Shown: positions 1-12,410 of the stretch, one piece after another | How positions within the stretch are numbered: position 1 is the stretch's first letter | How the letters are laid out: every line of letters starts with the position of its first letter | Source: an uncultured Pseudomonadota bacterium | GTDB lineage: Bacteria; Pseudomonadota; Alphaproteobacteria; Rs-D84 | DNA length: 59,004 bases | NCBI GenBank assembly: GCA_947165335.1 | Contig: CAMVAB010000001.1 | Location: forward strand, 1-59,004 | Direction of reading: 5' to 3' | Notes under the pieces: generated by a model | Told to the model about the DNA's origin: nothing | Databases searched by the model: none | Seen by the model: the letters and a program-made list of their open reading frames with translations, nothing else | Program-made: the position numbers and the translations under genes

Positions 1-930
1 ATTGGAACACACGCCCTATTTTCTGAAGATGTCGAATACAAAGATTTGGGTTTAGTTATTATTGATGAACAACACCGTTTTGGCGTTGCGCAACGCACCG
101 CTATGCGCGCGAAAGGGAACAACCCTGATATGTTGGCATTATCTGCGACACCTATACCACGCACGCTTTCTATGACTGTATATGGCGATATGGATATATC
201 GATAATAAACGAAAAGCCATCGGGTCGTATTCCTATCAAGACAAGTAAATTGCCAACAGAACGTGTCAATGCTTTGATTGAACGCATAGCACCACAAATC
301 GAAAACGGCGCAAAAGTATTTTGGGTTTGTCCATTGGTTGAAGAATCTGAAAACGCAGATATGATGGCAGCCGAAGCACGTTTTGATGAATTGAAAAAAC
401 ATTTCCCAGGTACCTGCCTTTGCCATGGCCAAATGGACAAAAAGCAACGCGACAAAGTAATGGCGGAATTTGCAGATACAAACTCAAAAATGCGTGTTTT
501 GGTTTCAACCACTGTTATAGAAGTTGGTATAGATGTTCCGTCTGCAACCATCATGGTTATTGAAAATGCAGAAAGATTTGGCCTTGCTGCCCTGCACCAA
601 TTACGCGGACGTGTTGGACGTGGGAACCTGCAATCATATTGCATATTGTTGTATGGTAATAATATATCGCCCGATGGCATAAAAAGATTAGATGTATTAT
701 GCGAAACAGATGATGGTTTTGTCATTGCAGAACAAGATTTAATGATGCGTGGCGTTGGTGAATTATTGGGAACAAAACAAAGTGGTTGGATACAATACTA
801 TTTTGTGAATTACCGCGAACATCGGGATTTATTCAAATTGGCACAAAGCGCTGCTATGGACAATAATGACAACGAATGGGCACATGAATTACGCCAAATA
901 TTTGGATGTTCAACAATTGCGGGGGCATAA
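1..930 (+). CDS. recG: ATP-dependent DNA helicase RecG, C-terminal part (5' end outside window)
   Basis: Frame is open from base 1 (IGTHALFSEDVEYKDLGLVIIDEQHRFGV). DEQH box and QLRGRVGRG helicase motif VI present. Confidence 0.9.
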   Translation: MGTHALFSEDVEYKDLGLVIIDEQHRFGVAQRTAMRAKGNNPDMLALSATPIPRTLSMTVYGDMDISIINEKPSGRIPIKTSKLPTERVNALIERIAPQIENGAKVFWVCPLVEESENADMMAAEARFDELKKHFPGTCLCHGQMDKKQRDKVMAEFADTNSKMRVLVSTTVIEVGIDVPSATIMVIENAERFGLAALHQLRGRVGRGNLQSYCILLYGNNISPDGIKRLDVLCETDDGFVIAEQDLMMRGVGELLGTKQSGWIQYYFVNYREHRDLFKLAQSAAMDNNDNEWAHELRQIFGCSTIAGA

Positions 931-2225
931 TGAAAAAGATATTTGCTTTCTTGTTTGCTGTATTTGTTGCCTTTAACGCAAATGGCGCGACACTTATTAA
1001 CGATACAGAAATTGAAAAGAAAATAACTGAAATCATTTTACCTGTGGCACGTGCAGCTAATATCGACGACAAAAGATTAAAAATATATATAGTTCGTGAT
1101 GATGATTTTAATGCTTTTGTTCGTGGCGGCGAAGATGTGTTTATTTATACAGGTCTGCTTAAACAAATCAAAAATCCAAATGCTCTGCGTGCTGTTGTAG
1201 CGCACGAATTGGGACATACTATCGGTGGTCACATGGTCCAAATATCCGCACGCATGCATGATGAAATGGTTCGCACACTGATTATCCAGGCACTTGGGGT
1301 TGGGTTAATGGTTGCTGGCGGGAATCCATCTGCGGGGGCTGGTGTTATGGCTGGTGCCACAGGAATTGCACAACAATCTATGCTTTCTTTTTCAAGGGAT
1401 GAAGAACGCATGGCTGACGATATGGCCGTTGATTTAATGGTCAAATCAAATAATGACCCAAAAGGGTTAATTGAAGTTTTTGAACAAATGCGTGATATGC
1501 ATGGTGAAATAGAATCAAGAGTAAACCCAAACCGCATAAACCATCCATTAACCAATGAACGCATAAACAATGCGAAAACCAAAATTAGCAAAATCAAAAA
1601 GATTCCAACAAAACCAAAATCTGAAATTTCAAAAGAAAACGCCGAATACGAAATTTTACGCGCAAAATTAGTCGGCTATTTGAACACTGATAAAAACATA
1701 ATTACAACATATCCATATTCTAACAAAACAAACGCTGCAATTTATGCGCGTGCAATCGCAAATATGCGTGGTGGCGATTTGAAAACCGCAAAAACAGGCA
1801 CACAAACACTTATTAAACGCAATCCAAACAACCCTTATTTTTATGAATTGTTGGGCGATATCGAATACCAATTTGGCGCATATGACGACAGTGTTGTTGC
1901 ATATGAAAAAAGTTTGGAATTGTCCAAAAATGCACCACAAATTGAAACCGCTTTGGCATTGGTGTTATCTGAACGCAACAAACCAAACGACAAAGCCCGC
2001 GCATCCGAATTATGTAAAAGAGTAATATTAAAAGAACCATCGCCTCTTGCATATTGGATATTGGCACGTGTCAGTGAAGGCGGCGTGTCTGATTGGGCAA
2101 TGGCAGAGTTTTATAATATGAACGGCGATAAAGCGAACGCTAAAAAATACGCAAAATCCGCCCAAAAGAAATCAGCGAAAAATTCACCAGAATACATAAA
2201 ATCTGGCGACATATTGAAAAAATAA
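930..2225 (+). CDS. Periplasmic M48 zinc metalloprotease with C-terminal TPR-like region (BepA/YfgC-like)
   Basis: Signal peptide MKKIFAFLFAVFVAFNANG and HELGH zinc motif. Helical-repeat C-terminus. The ATG at 930 overlaps the recG stop (TAATG). Confidence 0.8.
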   Translation: MKKIFAFLFAVFVAFNANGATLINDTEIEKKITEIILPVARAANIDDKRLKIYIVRDDDFNAFVRGGEDVFIYTGLLKQIKNPNALRAVVAHELGHTIGGHMVQISARMHDEMVRTLIIQALGVGLMVAGGNPSAGAGVMAGATGIAQQSMLSFSRDEERMADDMAVDLMVKSNNDPKGLIEVFEQMRDMHGEIESRVNPNRINHPLTNERINNAKTKISKIKKIPTKPKSEISKENAEYEILRAKLVGYLNTDKNIITTYPYSNKTNAAIYARAIANMRGGDLKTAKTGTQTLIKRNPNNPYFYELLGDIEYQFGAYDDSVVAYEKSLELSKNAPQIETALALVLSERNKPNDKARASELCKRVILKEPSPLAYWILARVSEGGVSDWAMAEFYNMNGDKANAKKYAKSAQKKSAKNSPEYIKSGDILKK

Positions 2226-2235
2226 GAGACTCATA

Positions 2236-2799
2236 ATGAATGTAATTTTTTGCCATGGCGTTATGCCACCAGAAATGGATTGGGAAACACGCGAATATTA
2301 TGCAGATAATTGGAAACATTGGCTGCAATTCCGCATTGAAAAAGATCATGATGTTATAACACAAATTCCAAAGTTCCCACATGCACATGCATTGCTTATG
2401 AAATATGACGAATGGGAACATATTATGAAATTCCAAGATATTAACCCAGATACTGTTTTGATTGGACATTCTGCGGGCGGTGGTTTTGTATTAAAATATT
2501 TGGCAATGCACCCAAAGTTAAAAATTAAACAAGCCATTTTAGTTGCACCTTGGATTGACCCAGACAACCTTCAACCAAATGGTTTTTATAACGGGTTCGA
2601 TTTGAATAACAATATTATCAAACAAACAGCAAACGGCATTGATATTATGATATCTGATGATGATATGCCTGATATTTTGGCAAGTTTTGATAAGATAAAA
2701 CAAAATATGCCGGATATTCGTATTCATGCGTTTTCAGGTCGCGGACATTTTTGCACGCCAGAATTACCAGAAATATTAGATATAATAAAATACAATTAA
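2236..2799 (+). CDS. Small alpha/beta-fold serine hydrolase (YdeN/RBBP9-like)
   Basis: GHSAGG nucleophile elbow in a 187-aa single-domain protein. Confidence 0.6.
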   Translation: MNVIFCHGVMPPEMDWETREYYADNWKHWLQFRIEKDHDVITQIPKFPHAHALLMKYDEWEHIMKFQDINPDTVLIGHSAGGGFVLKYLAMHPKLKIKQAILVAPWIDPDNLQPNGFYNGFDLNNNIIKQTANGIDIMISDDDMPDILASFDKIKQNMPDIRIHAFSGRGHFCTPELPEILDIIKYN

Positions 2800-2827
2800 A
2801 ATAACCGCCCGAATGGGCGGTTATTTT
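2798..2827. terminator. Bidirectional rho-independent terminator
   Basis: Perfect hairpin aaaataaccgccc-gaat-gggcggttatttt between convergent genes. Confidence 0.8.
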
Positions 2828-2828
2828 A

Positions 2829-4628
2829 TTATCCAACCAATTTCTTCCATAATGATTGTTTCTTTTGTGGTTTTTTAATTGGTTTACGATGACGTGGTGC
2901 AGTTGTTGTCACACGTTTTGCATCCGTATGTTGTGCGTTTTTCTTTTTCGCATCAGTGGATGGTTCGTGTGCATCCAAAACATCGTCTGTTTTGACTGTT
3001 TCAACAGCAACACGTTGTATCGAATATTGATCGATGTTCATCAAACTGTCATCGCCAACAATCACGATTTCTGTTTCGAATTCTTTTTCCATCGCTGCCA
3101 ATTCAGCGCGTTTTTGATTCAACAGATAAATCGCAACATCACTTGGAACCGTCATGATTATCTTTTGTGCTGGCTTTGCCAACAGTTTTTCTTGCAAGTG
3201 ACGGAACAAGATAATAGATGCAGTTTGAATAGATGGAACGACACCTGCGCCCATACAATGTGGACATACGACGTATGAAGATTCGATAAACGAAGAACGC
3301 AATCTTTGACGCGATAACATTAACACACCAAATGCGTTGATTTTCGCAACCTGGGTACGTGCACGATCGTGTTTCATAACTTCACGCATTTTTTGTTCCA
3401 ATTTGCGATTGTTCTTTTCTTCTTCCATATCGATAAAATCAATTGCAACAATACCTGCCAAATCACGCAAACGTAATTGTAATGCGATTTCTTCGGCTGC
3501 CTCTAAATTTGTATTCAAAGCGGTTTGTTCAATATCTTTTTCTTTGATAGCGCGTGAAGAGTTAACATCAATTGTCACCATGGCTTCTGTTTGATTGATA
3601 ACAATAGAACCACCAGATGGCAATACTACGTATGGTCCGTGTAACCCTTCGAGTTGTTTTTCAACACCGGCTTTGGTCATTAACGGAACAGCAGCATCTT
3701 TATATTGAACCAACTGTTTGCGTGGCGCTTTGCCATACATTTGTTGGAAATATGTTTTTGCTTCGTCATATGCCTCGCTACCTTGGACATACATAACATC
3801 GTCTTTGTCAGAAATAAAATCACGAACAACACGACGAAGTAATGAATCTTCGGTATGGATTGTGACAGGTGCCACAGATTCCAAAGTTGTTTTGCGAATA
3901 TCGTTCCAAAGAGATGTCAAATATTCGTAATCTTTTGCAATTTCTTCTGCGTTTGCATCTTGTGCAGCAGTTCTTAAAACAACAGTCATACCTTTTGGTA
4001 TTTTAAGTTCATGAAGAATTGTGCGCAATCTTGCACGTTCGGCCTTGTCAGAGATTTTCTTTGATATACCATAACTGTTGCGTTTTCTGGAATTAGGCAT
4101 TAACACAGCAAAACGGCCAGCCAATGACAAATATGTTGTCATGGACGCGCCTTTTTGTCCGCGTTCTTCCTTGACACCTTGGACCAACAAAATTTGCTTT
4201 GGTTTGATTACATCCTGAATTTTGAATTCATGTGCGCGTTTGATAAATTCTTTGTTATCTTCACCCGCGCTGTGATCATCATATTCAGCGATTTCATCTT
4301 CTTCTTCGTTTGGATCATCGTCATCATCAACGATGTTGGCATGAGCCAATTCCAATAATTTTTTCTTTTGTTCTGGGGTTACCTGATAATAATCAGGATG
4401 GATTTCAGAAAATGGTAAGAAACCATTTTTACCAGTTCCGTAATCTACGAACGCTGCCTGAAGCGACGGTTCAACACGAATAACCTTTGCCAGATAGATA
4501 TTACCCTTGATCTGAGGTTTTGTTGTTGTTTCTACGTCAAAATCAGACACACGATTTGTCGCGGAATCTACCACTACCACCCGTGTTTCTTCTGGATGAA
4601 CACCATCCACGTATATCTTTTTTGACAT
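2829..4628 (-). CDS. rne: Ribonuclease E/G family endoribonuclease (RNase E-like, short C-terminal tail)
   Basis: N-terminal S1 domain (IYLAKVIRVEPSLQAAFVDYG) with an acidic insertion, RNase E/G catalytic core and a basic C-terminal tail. A roughly 200-nt 5' UTR gap lies upstream. Confidence 0.85.
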   Translation of the reverse strand: MSKKIYVDGVHPEETRVVVVDSATNRVSDFDVETTTKPQIKGNIYLAKVIRVEPSLQAAFVDYGTGKNGFLPFSEIHPDYYQVTPEQKKKLLELAHANIVDDDDDPNEEEDEIAEYDDHSAGEDNKEFIKRAHEFKIQDVIKPKQILLVQGVKEERGQKGASMTTYLSLAGRFAVLMPNSRKRNSYGISKKISDKAERARLRTILHELKIPKGMTVVLRTAAQDANAEEIAKDYEYLTSLWNDIRKTTLESVAPVTIHTEDSLLRRVVRDFISDKDDVMYVQGSEAYDEAKTYFQQMYGKAPRKQLVQYKDAAVPLMTKAGVEKQLEGLHGPYVVLPSGGSIVINQTEAMVTIDVNSSRAIKEKDIEQTALNTNLEAAEEIALQLRLRDLAGIVAIDFIDMEEEKNNRKLEQKMREVMKHDRARTQVAKINAFGVLMLSRQRLRSSFIESSYVVCPHCMGAGVVPSIQTASIILFRHLQEKLLAKPAQKIIMTVPSDVAIYLLNQKRAELAAMEKEFETEIVIVGDDSLMNIDQYSIQRVAVETVKTDDVLDAHEPSTDAKKKNAQHTDAKRVTTTAPRHRKPIKKPQKKQSLWKKLVG

Positions 4629-4833
4629 TTAATAATCCTTTTGTGTTTGGGGCGTATAAAACAGACGCAACTCGTTCCTGTGGGGCAATCCCGCCCATGC
4701 CAAGGATGCACGCAACGATAATAAAAAGCGCGACTCGAATTACAGCAAAAAGTGACATAACAAACACTTTTTTACCCCGTTTTATACAACATCGTAAAGG
4801 ATAGCAAATGGCCCCATTAAAGGCAAGGTGTTT

Positions 4834-5859
4834 TTATTTTGAAACTTCTAATTTATGCTTTTTATGTGGCAATTTTATGTGCGGCATTTTTTGTTTGGCC
4901 TCTTCCAGCCATCTTTTCATACGCGCACGCAACCAACGTTCATAGATAAAGAACAATCCGCCAACCCCAATCAGAGGTAAAACATAATAAATTATTCTGT
5001 ATGCCAACAATGCACCGAAAATGTTTGCTTTATCAACACTTTCAGGCAATGCAACCATAAATATAGATTCAAAAACACCGATACCACCAGGTACCTGGCT
5101 GAAAACCCCAGCCACCATCGCTATCACATATAATCCAATAAATACACCAAATGGCATATCTATATATGGACTTATACAGAAATAAAGAACCAATCCCGCA
5201 CAAAGAGCATCCATTATTCCCAAGAATGTTTGAACAAGGGACATTCCAAAAGACGGTATGTGGAATTTTATTTCACCGATACGAATACTTTTATTGTAAA
5301 ACATGATTGATATTAAATAATACGCCAAAATAACAGACGCACACAAAATAAACAATCCGTTTACACCGAATGACGCCCCTGAACTCTGTGCGAACATGTC
5401 CTGAGGCACCAAGAAATAACCGATAACCGCTATTGCGGCATATCCAAGAAAGAAAGTAAAGCCAGAAAACGTTATCATCTTAATAATATCAGCCCCAGGG
5501 ACACGCCAACGTGTATATAACCGATATCTTATCGCGCCACCACTAACCACTGCATGACCGGCATTATTACTGATTGCGAACCCAAGCATCCCAGCCAACA
5601 TCCATTTCCACCAGGAAACTTTGCGGCCAACATAATCAAGTGCCAGATAATCATACAGAGACAAAGCAATATAACCGCACAAACAGGCAATAGAGGCAAA
5701 CACCAAGTTTACAAAAGGTATGTGCCACAATGCGCGCGCAATATCCATCAATGAATAATTACGCAGTTGCCAATAAAGCATACCTGCTGCAACACAGAAG
5801 AAGAAAAGTCCTGCATAACTGATTAATTTCTTAAAAAGACGCTTCGTTCTAACTGACAT
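4834..5859 (-). CDS. Polytopic membrane protein, lysylphosphatidylglycerol-synthase TM-region-like (UPF0104)
   Basis: 341 aa with about 8 hydrophobic helices and a basic C-terminus. The family assignment is from recall only. Confidence 0.5.
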   Translation of the reverse strand: MSVRTKRLFKKLISYAGLFFFCVAAGMLYWQLRNYSLMDIARALWHIPFVNLVFASIACLCGYIALSLYDYLALDYVGRKVSWWKWMLAGMLGFAISNNAGHAVVSGGAIRYRLYTRWRVPGADIIKMITFSGFTFFLGYAAIAVIGYFLVPQDMFAQSSGASFGVNGLFILCASVILAYYLISIMFYNKSIRIGEIKFHIPSFGMSLVQTFLGIMDALCAGLVLYFCISPYIDMPFGVFIGLYVIAMVAGVFSQVPGGIGVFESIFMVALPESVDKANIFGALLAYRIIYYVLPLIGVGGLFFIYERWLRARMKRWLEEAKQKMPHIKLPHKKHKLEVSK

Positions 5860-5914
5860 ATTTCATCTCTTGCAGGGGGAATATTAGCACCCGATATTAT
5901 AAAAAGCAAATTCT

Positions 5915-7672
5915 TTATTTCACAATTTCATGGAAAATCGTGGCCGGCAACGTACCACCTGTTATTTTAGAACCCATAGATTTATTGTCATCACGACCGA
6001 CCCATACACCCATCACATAATTTGGTGTTGCACCAACAAACCAAGCGTCTCTGTTATCGTTGCTGGTTCCTGTTTTTCCGCCGAACACGTTTTGTGTATA
6101 TGCGCGTTTACCAGTACCTTTTGTCACAACCTCGTACAACAACTCTTTCATGTATTCAACAGTTTGTGGTTGTAAAATTGTGATTTCTTCGGACGGATTA
6201 CGCGAATAAATAGTATGTCCCCCAGCATCTGTTATTTTAGTAATTGAATATGGATGAACCGATTTTCCATCATTCCAAATGACTGAATATATTGTAGTTA
6301 AATCCAGCAAACTCATTTCCGATGCGCCCAAAACGGTAGAATATTCGCGTTTTAAATTATTGCCGACCCCCAGACGTGCCGCCATTTTTAACACTGAATC
6401 TATACCGTATTCTTTTGTTAATTTTAAAGGTACCGAATTAACACTTTTTGCAAACGCGGTTGCCAAAGTTATCCCGCCATAATAACGTTCATCATAATTT
6501 TTAGGATTATAATCACCAATTGCAAACGGGGAATCATTCACATAAGATTCTGGGGTCATACCATTTTCCAATGCAACCAGATACACAACCGGCTTAAACG
6601 CGGAACCTGGTTGACGAAGTGCCAATGCACGGTTAAATTGGCTAACCTGATAATCATCACCACCAACCATTGCTTCGATTGCGCCATTTCTTGAAATCGC
6701 AACAATCGCACCTTGAAAATCACCTATATTGCCAGCCAGAGCCGAAACAGCACGTTTCTGCAATTGTGCATCTAATGTTGTATAAACATATAAATCTTGA
6801 TTTATTTCGCCAATTCTTGATTCTATTTCTTCACGAACAAAATCAGTCCAATAACGATATATATTTTTATCTATTTTTTGGTTGGATGCTTTTAATTGTT
6901 GTGCTGCCGCGCGTGCTTCATCCAAAGTTATATATTTTTGACGAACCATTTCAGCCAAAACAACTTTTGCACGTTTTATGTTTCGATCAGGGTTTTTAAT
7001 CGGACTGTACGATGTCGGTGCTTTTAACATAGCAGCAATTTGGGCAGATTCTGCAACACTCATTTCATTAGCAGCATGACCAAATAACAAAGTTGATGCA
7101 GCATCGATTCCACGCATACCACCAACCAGCGATATTCTGTTCATATACAAATCAAGAATTTGATTCTTAGAAAATCTGTTTTCAAGCCAACACGACAATA
7201 TTAATTCTTGGATTTTACGCGACATCTTTTTTTCACGCGACAAGAATATATTTTTAGCAGTTTGTTGGGTTATGGTTGATCCGCCAGCTGCGATTGAACC
7301 GCGAAATAAATTTACAACCAATGCACGCAAAGTTCCACGCAAAGAAATCGCACCATGTTCAAAAAATCTTTTGTCTTCGATTGCAATGATAGCCTGCCAC
7401 ACATGCGGGGGCAAAGATTCAACAGATACAGGCATTCCCATAATACGACCATCCGAACGCAATTCGCGACCATTTCTGTCTAAAAACACAATCGCAGGTT
7501 CACGGGTTTCATGTAATATAGAATCAAGTGATGGCATTTGTAAAAAAACAACCAAAACATATAAACCAACACACGCAACAACGACAAGGAATAAATTCAC
7601 AAAAAAGATTATCATACGCGTTTTAAACGAATAATGTTTTTCGTTCTTTCGCATATCTCTTTTGTTTTGCAA
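5915..7672 (-). CDS. Bifunctional class A penicillin-binding protein (glycosyltransferase + transpeptidase)
   Basis: GT51 motifs EDKRFFEHGA and RKIQE. Transpeptidase motifs SAFK, SVN and KTGT. N-terminal TM anchor. Confidence 0.85.
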   Translation of the reverse strand: MQNKRDMRKNEKHYSFKTRMIIFFVNLFLVVVACVGLYVLVVFLQMPSLDSILHETREPAIVFLDRNGRELRSDGRIMGMPVSVESLPPHVWQAIIAIEDKRFFEHGAISLRGTLRALVVNLFRGSIAAGGSTITQQTAKNIFLSREKKMSRKIQELILSCWLENRFSKNQILDLYMNRISLVGGMRGIDAASTLLFGHAANEMSVAESAQIAAMLKAPTSYSPIKNPDRNIKRAKVVLAEMVRQKYITLDEARAAAQQLKASNQKIDKNIYRYWTDFVREEIESRIGEINQDLYVYTTLDAQLQKRAVSALAGNIGDFQGAIVAISRNGAIEAMVGGDDYQVSQFNRALALRQPGSAFKPVVYLVALENGMTPESYVNDSPFAIGDYNPKNYDERYYGGITLATAFAKSVNSVPLKLTKEYGIDSVLKMAARLGVGNNLKREYSTVLGASEMSLLDLTTIYSVIWNDGKSVHPYSITKITDAGGHTIYSRNPSEEITILQPQTVEYMKELLYEVVTKGTGKRAYTQNVFGGKTGTSNDNRDAWFVGATPNYVMGVWVGRDDNKSMGSKITGGTLPATIFHEIVK

Positions 7673-7682
7673 TTTGCCCCCC

Positions 7683-9735
<2,053 letters not shown>

Positions 9736-9738
9736 AAA

Positions 9739-10485
9739 TTATCTTAGATAGAAAGTTATGGTTGATACGACACGAACACGTTTGTTAATCGACTGCTTTT
9801 CATTATCAGACCATGCGTCAACCTGATCACGCGCTGTAATGCTGAACACGCCCTGGTTTGCAGATTGAATTTTACCCAGTTTCGCGTTGGCATCTTTGGC
9901 AAACTGTTCACCGGCGGCTGTTGCGTTTTTCGTTGCCGCTTCTATCATTTGGATTTTAATGTTGTTCAAACCATTAAATACGTATATTGGCCCCGCGTAA
10001 TCTTCGGTAACTGTTACGCCCTGACGAACCAAATCGCCCATTTTTCGTGATACAGAATCAACCAAATTCACAGAATTAGACCGCACCATAACACCCGTTT
10101 CGATAACATATCTGTCATTGTTATCTTGTCCTTGACGTTGGGCATCGCTGTATCCGGCGTATTTATCGCGCACTGTTATTCTTAAATTCTGTAATTCGCC
10201 GTCTTCAAAACCATTATCCATCAAAAAAGCACGTGTTTTTTGAATATCCGAATCAATATCCGCCTGAACTTTTGCTAAATCAGCCCCAACACGATTAAAT
10301 TTAATATTCCACACAGCTGTATCAGCGACAACATCCATTTCAGCCAGTCCTTTGACCGTAACAGTCCGGCGCGCTAACGATTTATAAACGCCATTTCCGA
10401 TAAAAAAACCCGCCAAAGCCACACCAAAAGCTAAAATTATGACCCAAATTGTTGGTAATTCCTTGAATTTTCCGGCTAATTTCAT
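9739..10485 (-). CDS. SIMPL/DUF541-like periplasmic protein (BP26/Omp28-type)
   Basis: TM/signal anchor and a beta-rich body that I recall as the SIMPL family. Start at 10485 is preceded by a GGGAG RBS. The upstream part of the ORF-track call looks non-coding. Confidence 0.6.
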   Translation of the reverse strand: MKLAGKFKELPTIWVIILAFGVALAGFFIGNGVYKSLARRTVTVKGLAEMDVVADTAVWNIKFNRVGADLAKVQADIDSDIQKTRAFLMDNGFEDGELQNLRITVRDKYAGYSDAQRQGQDNNDRYVIETGVMVRSNSVNLVDSVSRKMGDLVRQGVTVTEDYAGPIYVFNGLNNIKIQMIEAATKNATAAGEQFAKDANAKLGKIQSANQGVFSITARDQVDAWSDNEKQSINKRVRVVSTITFYLR

Positions 10486-10577
10486 AAAAAACTCCCTTTC
10501 TTTTGACAAAAAGATTATAGCCAAAATCAAAAATAAAGTCAATACGAAAAAAAATATCAAAAAAATGCTTGCAAAAT

Positions 10578-10606
10578 TTGCGAAGGGGTCATTTGTGTGA
10601 TACAAT
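10578..10606 (+). promoter_or_regulatory. Putative sigma70 promoter with extended -10
   Basis: TTGCGA, 17-nt spacer including TGa, then TACAAT, about 25 nt upstream of the 10631 ATG. Confidence 0.45.
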
Positions 10607-10630
10607 TGTATTGACAAAAGAGAAGAGAGA

Positions 10631-11233
10631 ATGTCTAAACGTTTGATTTTAACAGGTGTCTTAGCATTATGCTGTCCACTCGTACCGGTACAGGCAGACG
10701 CTGACTATATTACAAACGAATCGACATGTGATAACGACACACTTGGGTCAACAGAAAGTGCAACATTGGTTGCCCAATGGTCTCCTAACCCTTATACAAT
10801 TACTTATAATTGCGGTTCAGGAATCTCTGGAACGGCATCTACACCAGTTGGTCCAACAACTGCTTCTTTGGCTGTTGTAATGGATGGTCCGTATACATTG
10901 GCGGCTGGGAACAATTGTTCATTGACCGGTTATACATTTGCGGGCTGGTCGTGTCCAAATTTACCGGGGACAAAAACATTACCCGCAGATGCCCAAACAA
11001 AACTCTATTTTGCTGGGGGTGCAACGGGTACATACAGTTATGCAGGAAACATCACATGTACTGCGCAATGGACACAAAACAGTATCGCGCTTGATTGGAA
11101 TCCGGACAATGGTGGTTCGCACATAAATACTTCTTGTGCGTATGATGGTGCAATTACATTACCAGATGAACCAAGCAAGGCAGGATATACATTTGCGGGA
11201 TGGCAGGTTGTAACACCAACCCCAACCCCATAA
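10631..11233 (+). CDS. Secreted protein made of Listeria-Bacteroides (Flg_new) type repeats
   Basis: Signal peptide. Repeats of the form NPYTITYNCGSG...GYTFAGWSC and ...GYTFAGWQV. Ends in TPTPTP. Confidence 0.65.
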   Translation: MSKRLILTGVLALCCPLVPVQADADYITNESTCDNDTLGSTESATLVAQWSPNPYTITYNCGSGISGTASTPVGPTTASLAVVMDGPYTLAAGNNCSLTGYTFAGWSCPNLPGTKTLPADAQTKLYFAGGATGTYSYAGNITCTAQWTQNSIALDWNPDNGGSHINTSCAYDGAITLPDEPSKAGYTFAGWQVVTPTPTP

Positions 11234-11310
11234 CACGAGTTTTCATAGTCCCTTCCTGTGAAAGCAAAAGCCCCGCGTTTAACGCGGGTCTTTTGTTTAA
11301 TATACATATT

Positions 11311-11937
11311 TTAACGAACTATTTCTTTTGCTGATAAAACATATGTATTGTTTGCATTTGCCATTGCCGCATAAATATCTTGGACAAATCTAGGGTTCCT
11401 TTTAATATATTTTTCCATAATCTTAGAAAGATTTTTACATGATTTTTTGACCAAAGCAAGATCATCAGCATGTGTAAAATATTTATTTTGCGAATTTTCA
11501 TCCCAAATACGTAAAATTTCCACTATTTCTAATTGAACTGACGGTTCAATAGCGTTGGAAACCATTGTTGCAATACTTCTCATTGCTTGTGGGTTATCCA
11601 ATACTTTTTCAAAAGATTTCAATTCTGGATGATCTTTCATTGCCTGTTTTATAAAATTACGAACCAAACGTGACGCAAAAACATAATCGTCTTTATAACG
11701 TTCAACAGCACACCATATTACAATAGCAATCACCCCTATCATCATCGCTGTTGTTATTGAAAACGAAACAATTGCTTTTTTACTTGGGTTTTCCAATGCC
11801 TCTGGGCCTCTTGTTATCCCGATATACACAACACATGCTAACCATGGACCGCCTAACAAAACAGTTAAAGCTTTTGGCAAAAACCATTTTTTTCTAATAA
11901 TTTGGTTTTTTTCTTGTTTTTGATTCTTGTTCGACAT
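11311..11937 (-). CDS. Hypothetical membrane protein
   Basis: Start MSNKNQKQ at 11937. Two or three TM helices followed by a helical soluble domain. Confidence 0.5.
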   Translation of the reverse strand: MSNKNQKQEKNQIIRKKWFLPKALTVLLGGPWLACVVYIGITRGPEALENPSKKAIVSFSITTAMMIGVIAIVIWCAVERYKDDYVFASRLVRNFIKQAMKDHPELKSFEKVLDNPQAMRSIATMVSNAIEPSVQLEIVEILRIWDENSQNKYFTHADDLALVKKSCKNLSKIMEKYIKRNPRFVQDIYAAMANANNTYVLSAKEIVR

Positions 11938-12297
11938 TTTGATCCTTTTTGTATTTAATCTCAAAATAATACAAAAAATTATAATCGTCAAGTATTTTAC
12001 AAATAAAAACCGCACCGTTTGGTGCGTTTTTTATTTATTTATGGGGCGGGTAACCTTTTCCTCGATACACAATAATAAAAATCTATAAAAACTCGTATTA
12101 AAAAACTCCGTTTTTATGATTTTTCTAATTGTGCATTCTCGTGTTCGCTCGGGCCTTGCCCTGCGCGGCACTCCTGACAAATCGCCTGCGCTGCGCTTTG
12201 CTCTTTTACTCGTAGTCGAACTGGCCAATGCCAGTTCTAGAATCTGGTCACACCTAATAAATTAAAATACCGCCACTTTGGGCGGTATTTTAATTTA

Positions 12298-12375
12298 TGG
12301 GGCGGGTGACCAGATTCGAACTGGCGACATTTGGTACCACAAACCAACGCTCTAACCAACTGAGCTACACCCGCC
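12298..12375 (-). tRNA. tRNA-His (GTG), with G-1 and CCA encoded
   Basis: Manual cloverleaf: G-1, acceptor GCGGGTG/CACCCGC, D stem GCTC/GAGC, anticodon stem TTGGT/ACCAA with loop TTGTGGT, T arm GCCAG-TTCGAAT-CTGGT, C73 and CCA. Confidence 0.9.
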
Positions 12376-12410
12376 ATAACTTTTGTGTGGGTTATCCCAC
12401 TTGTTTTTAA

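Noticed and set aside
4629-4833. Small ORFs (4520-4804 on +, 4543-4767 on -) upstream of rne
   Set aside because: This is most likely the long structured 5' UTR typical of rne genes. The ORFs overlap each other and lack RBSs.
10631-11233. Flg_new-repeat protein as a third DGR target
   Set aside because: It ends in TPTPTP right after the repeat and is followed by a terminator. It has no YCWCK module and no sequence resembling the TR or the 43-nt flank.
12031-12228. 65-aa minus-strand ORF in the GC-rich tract after tRNA-His
   Set aside because: There is no RBS, and the peptide is Arg-rich with compositional bias. The region is made of tRNA-derived fragments and hairpins, so it is more likely non-coding.
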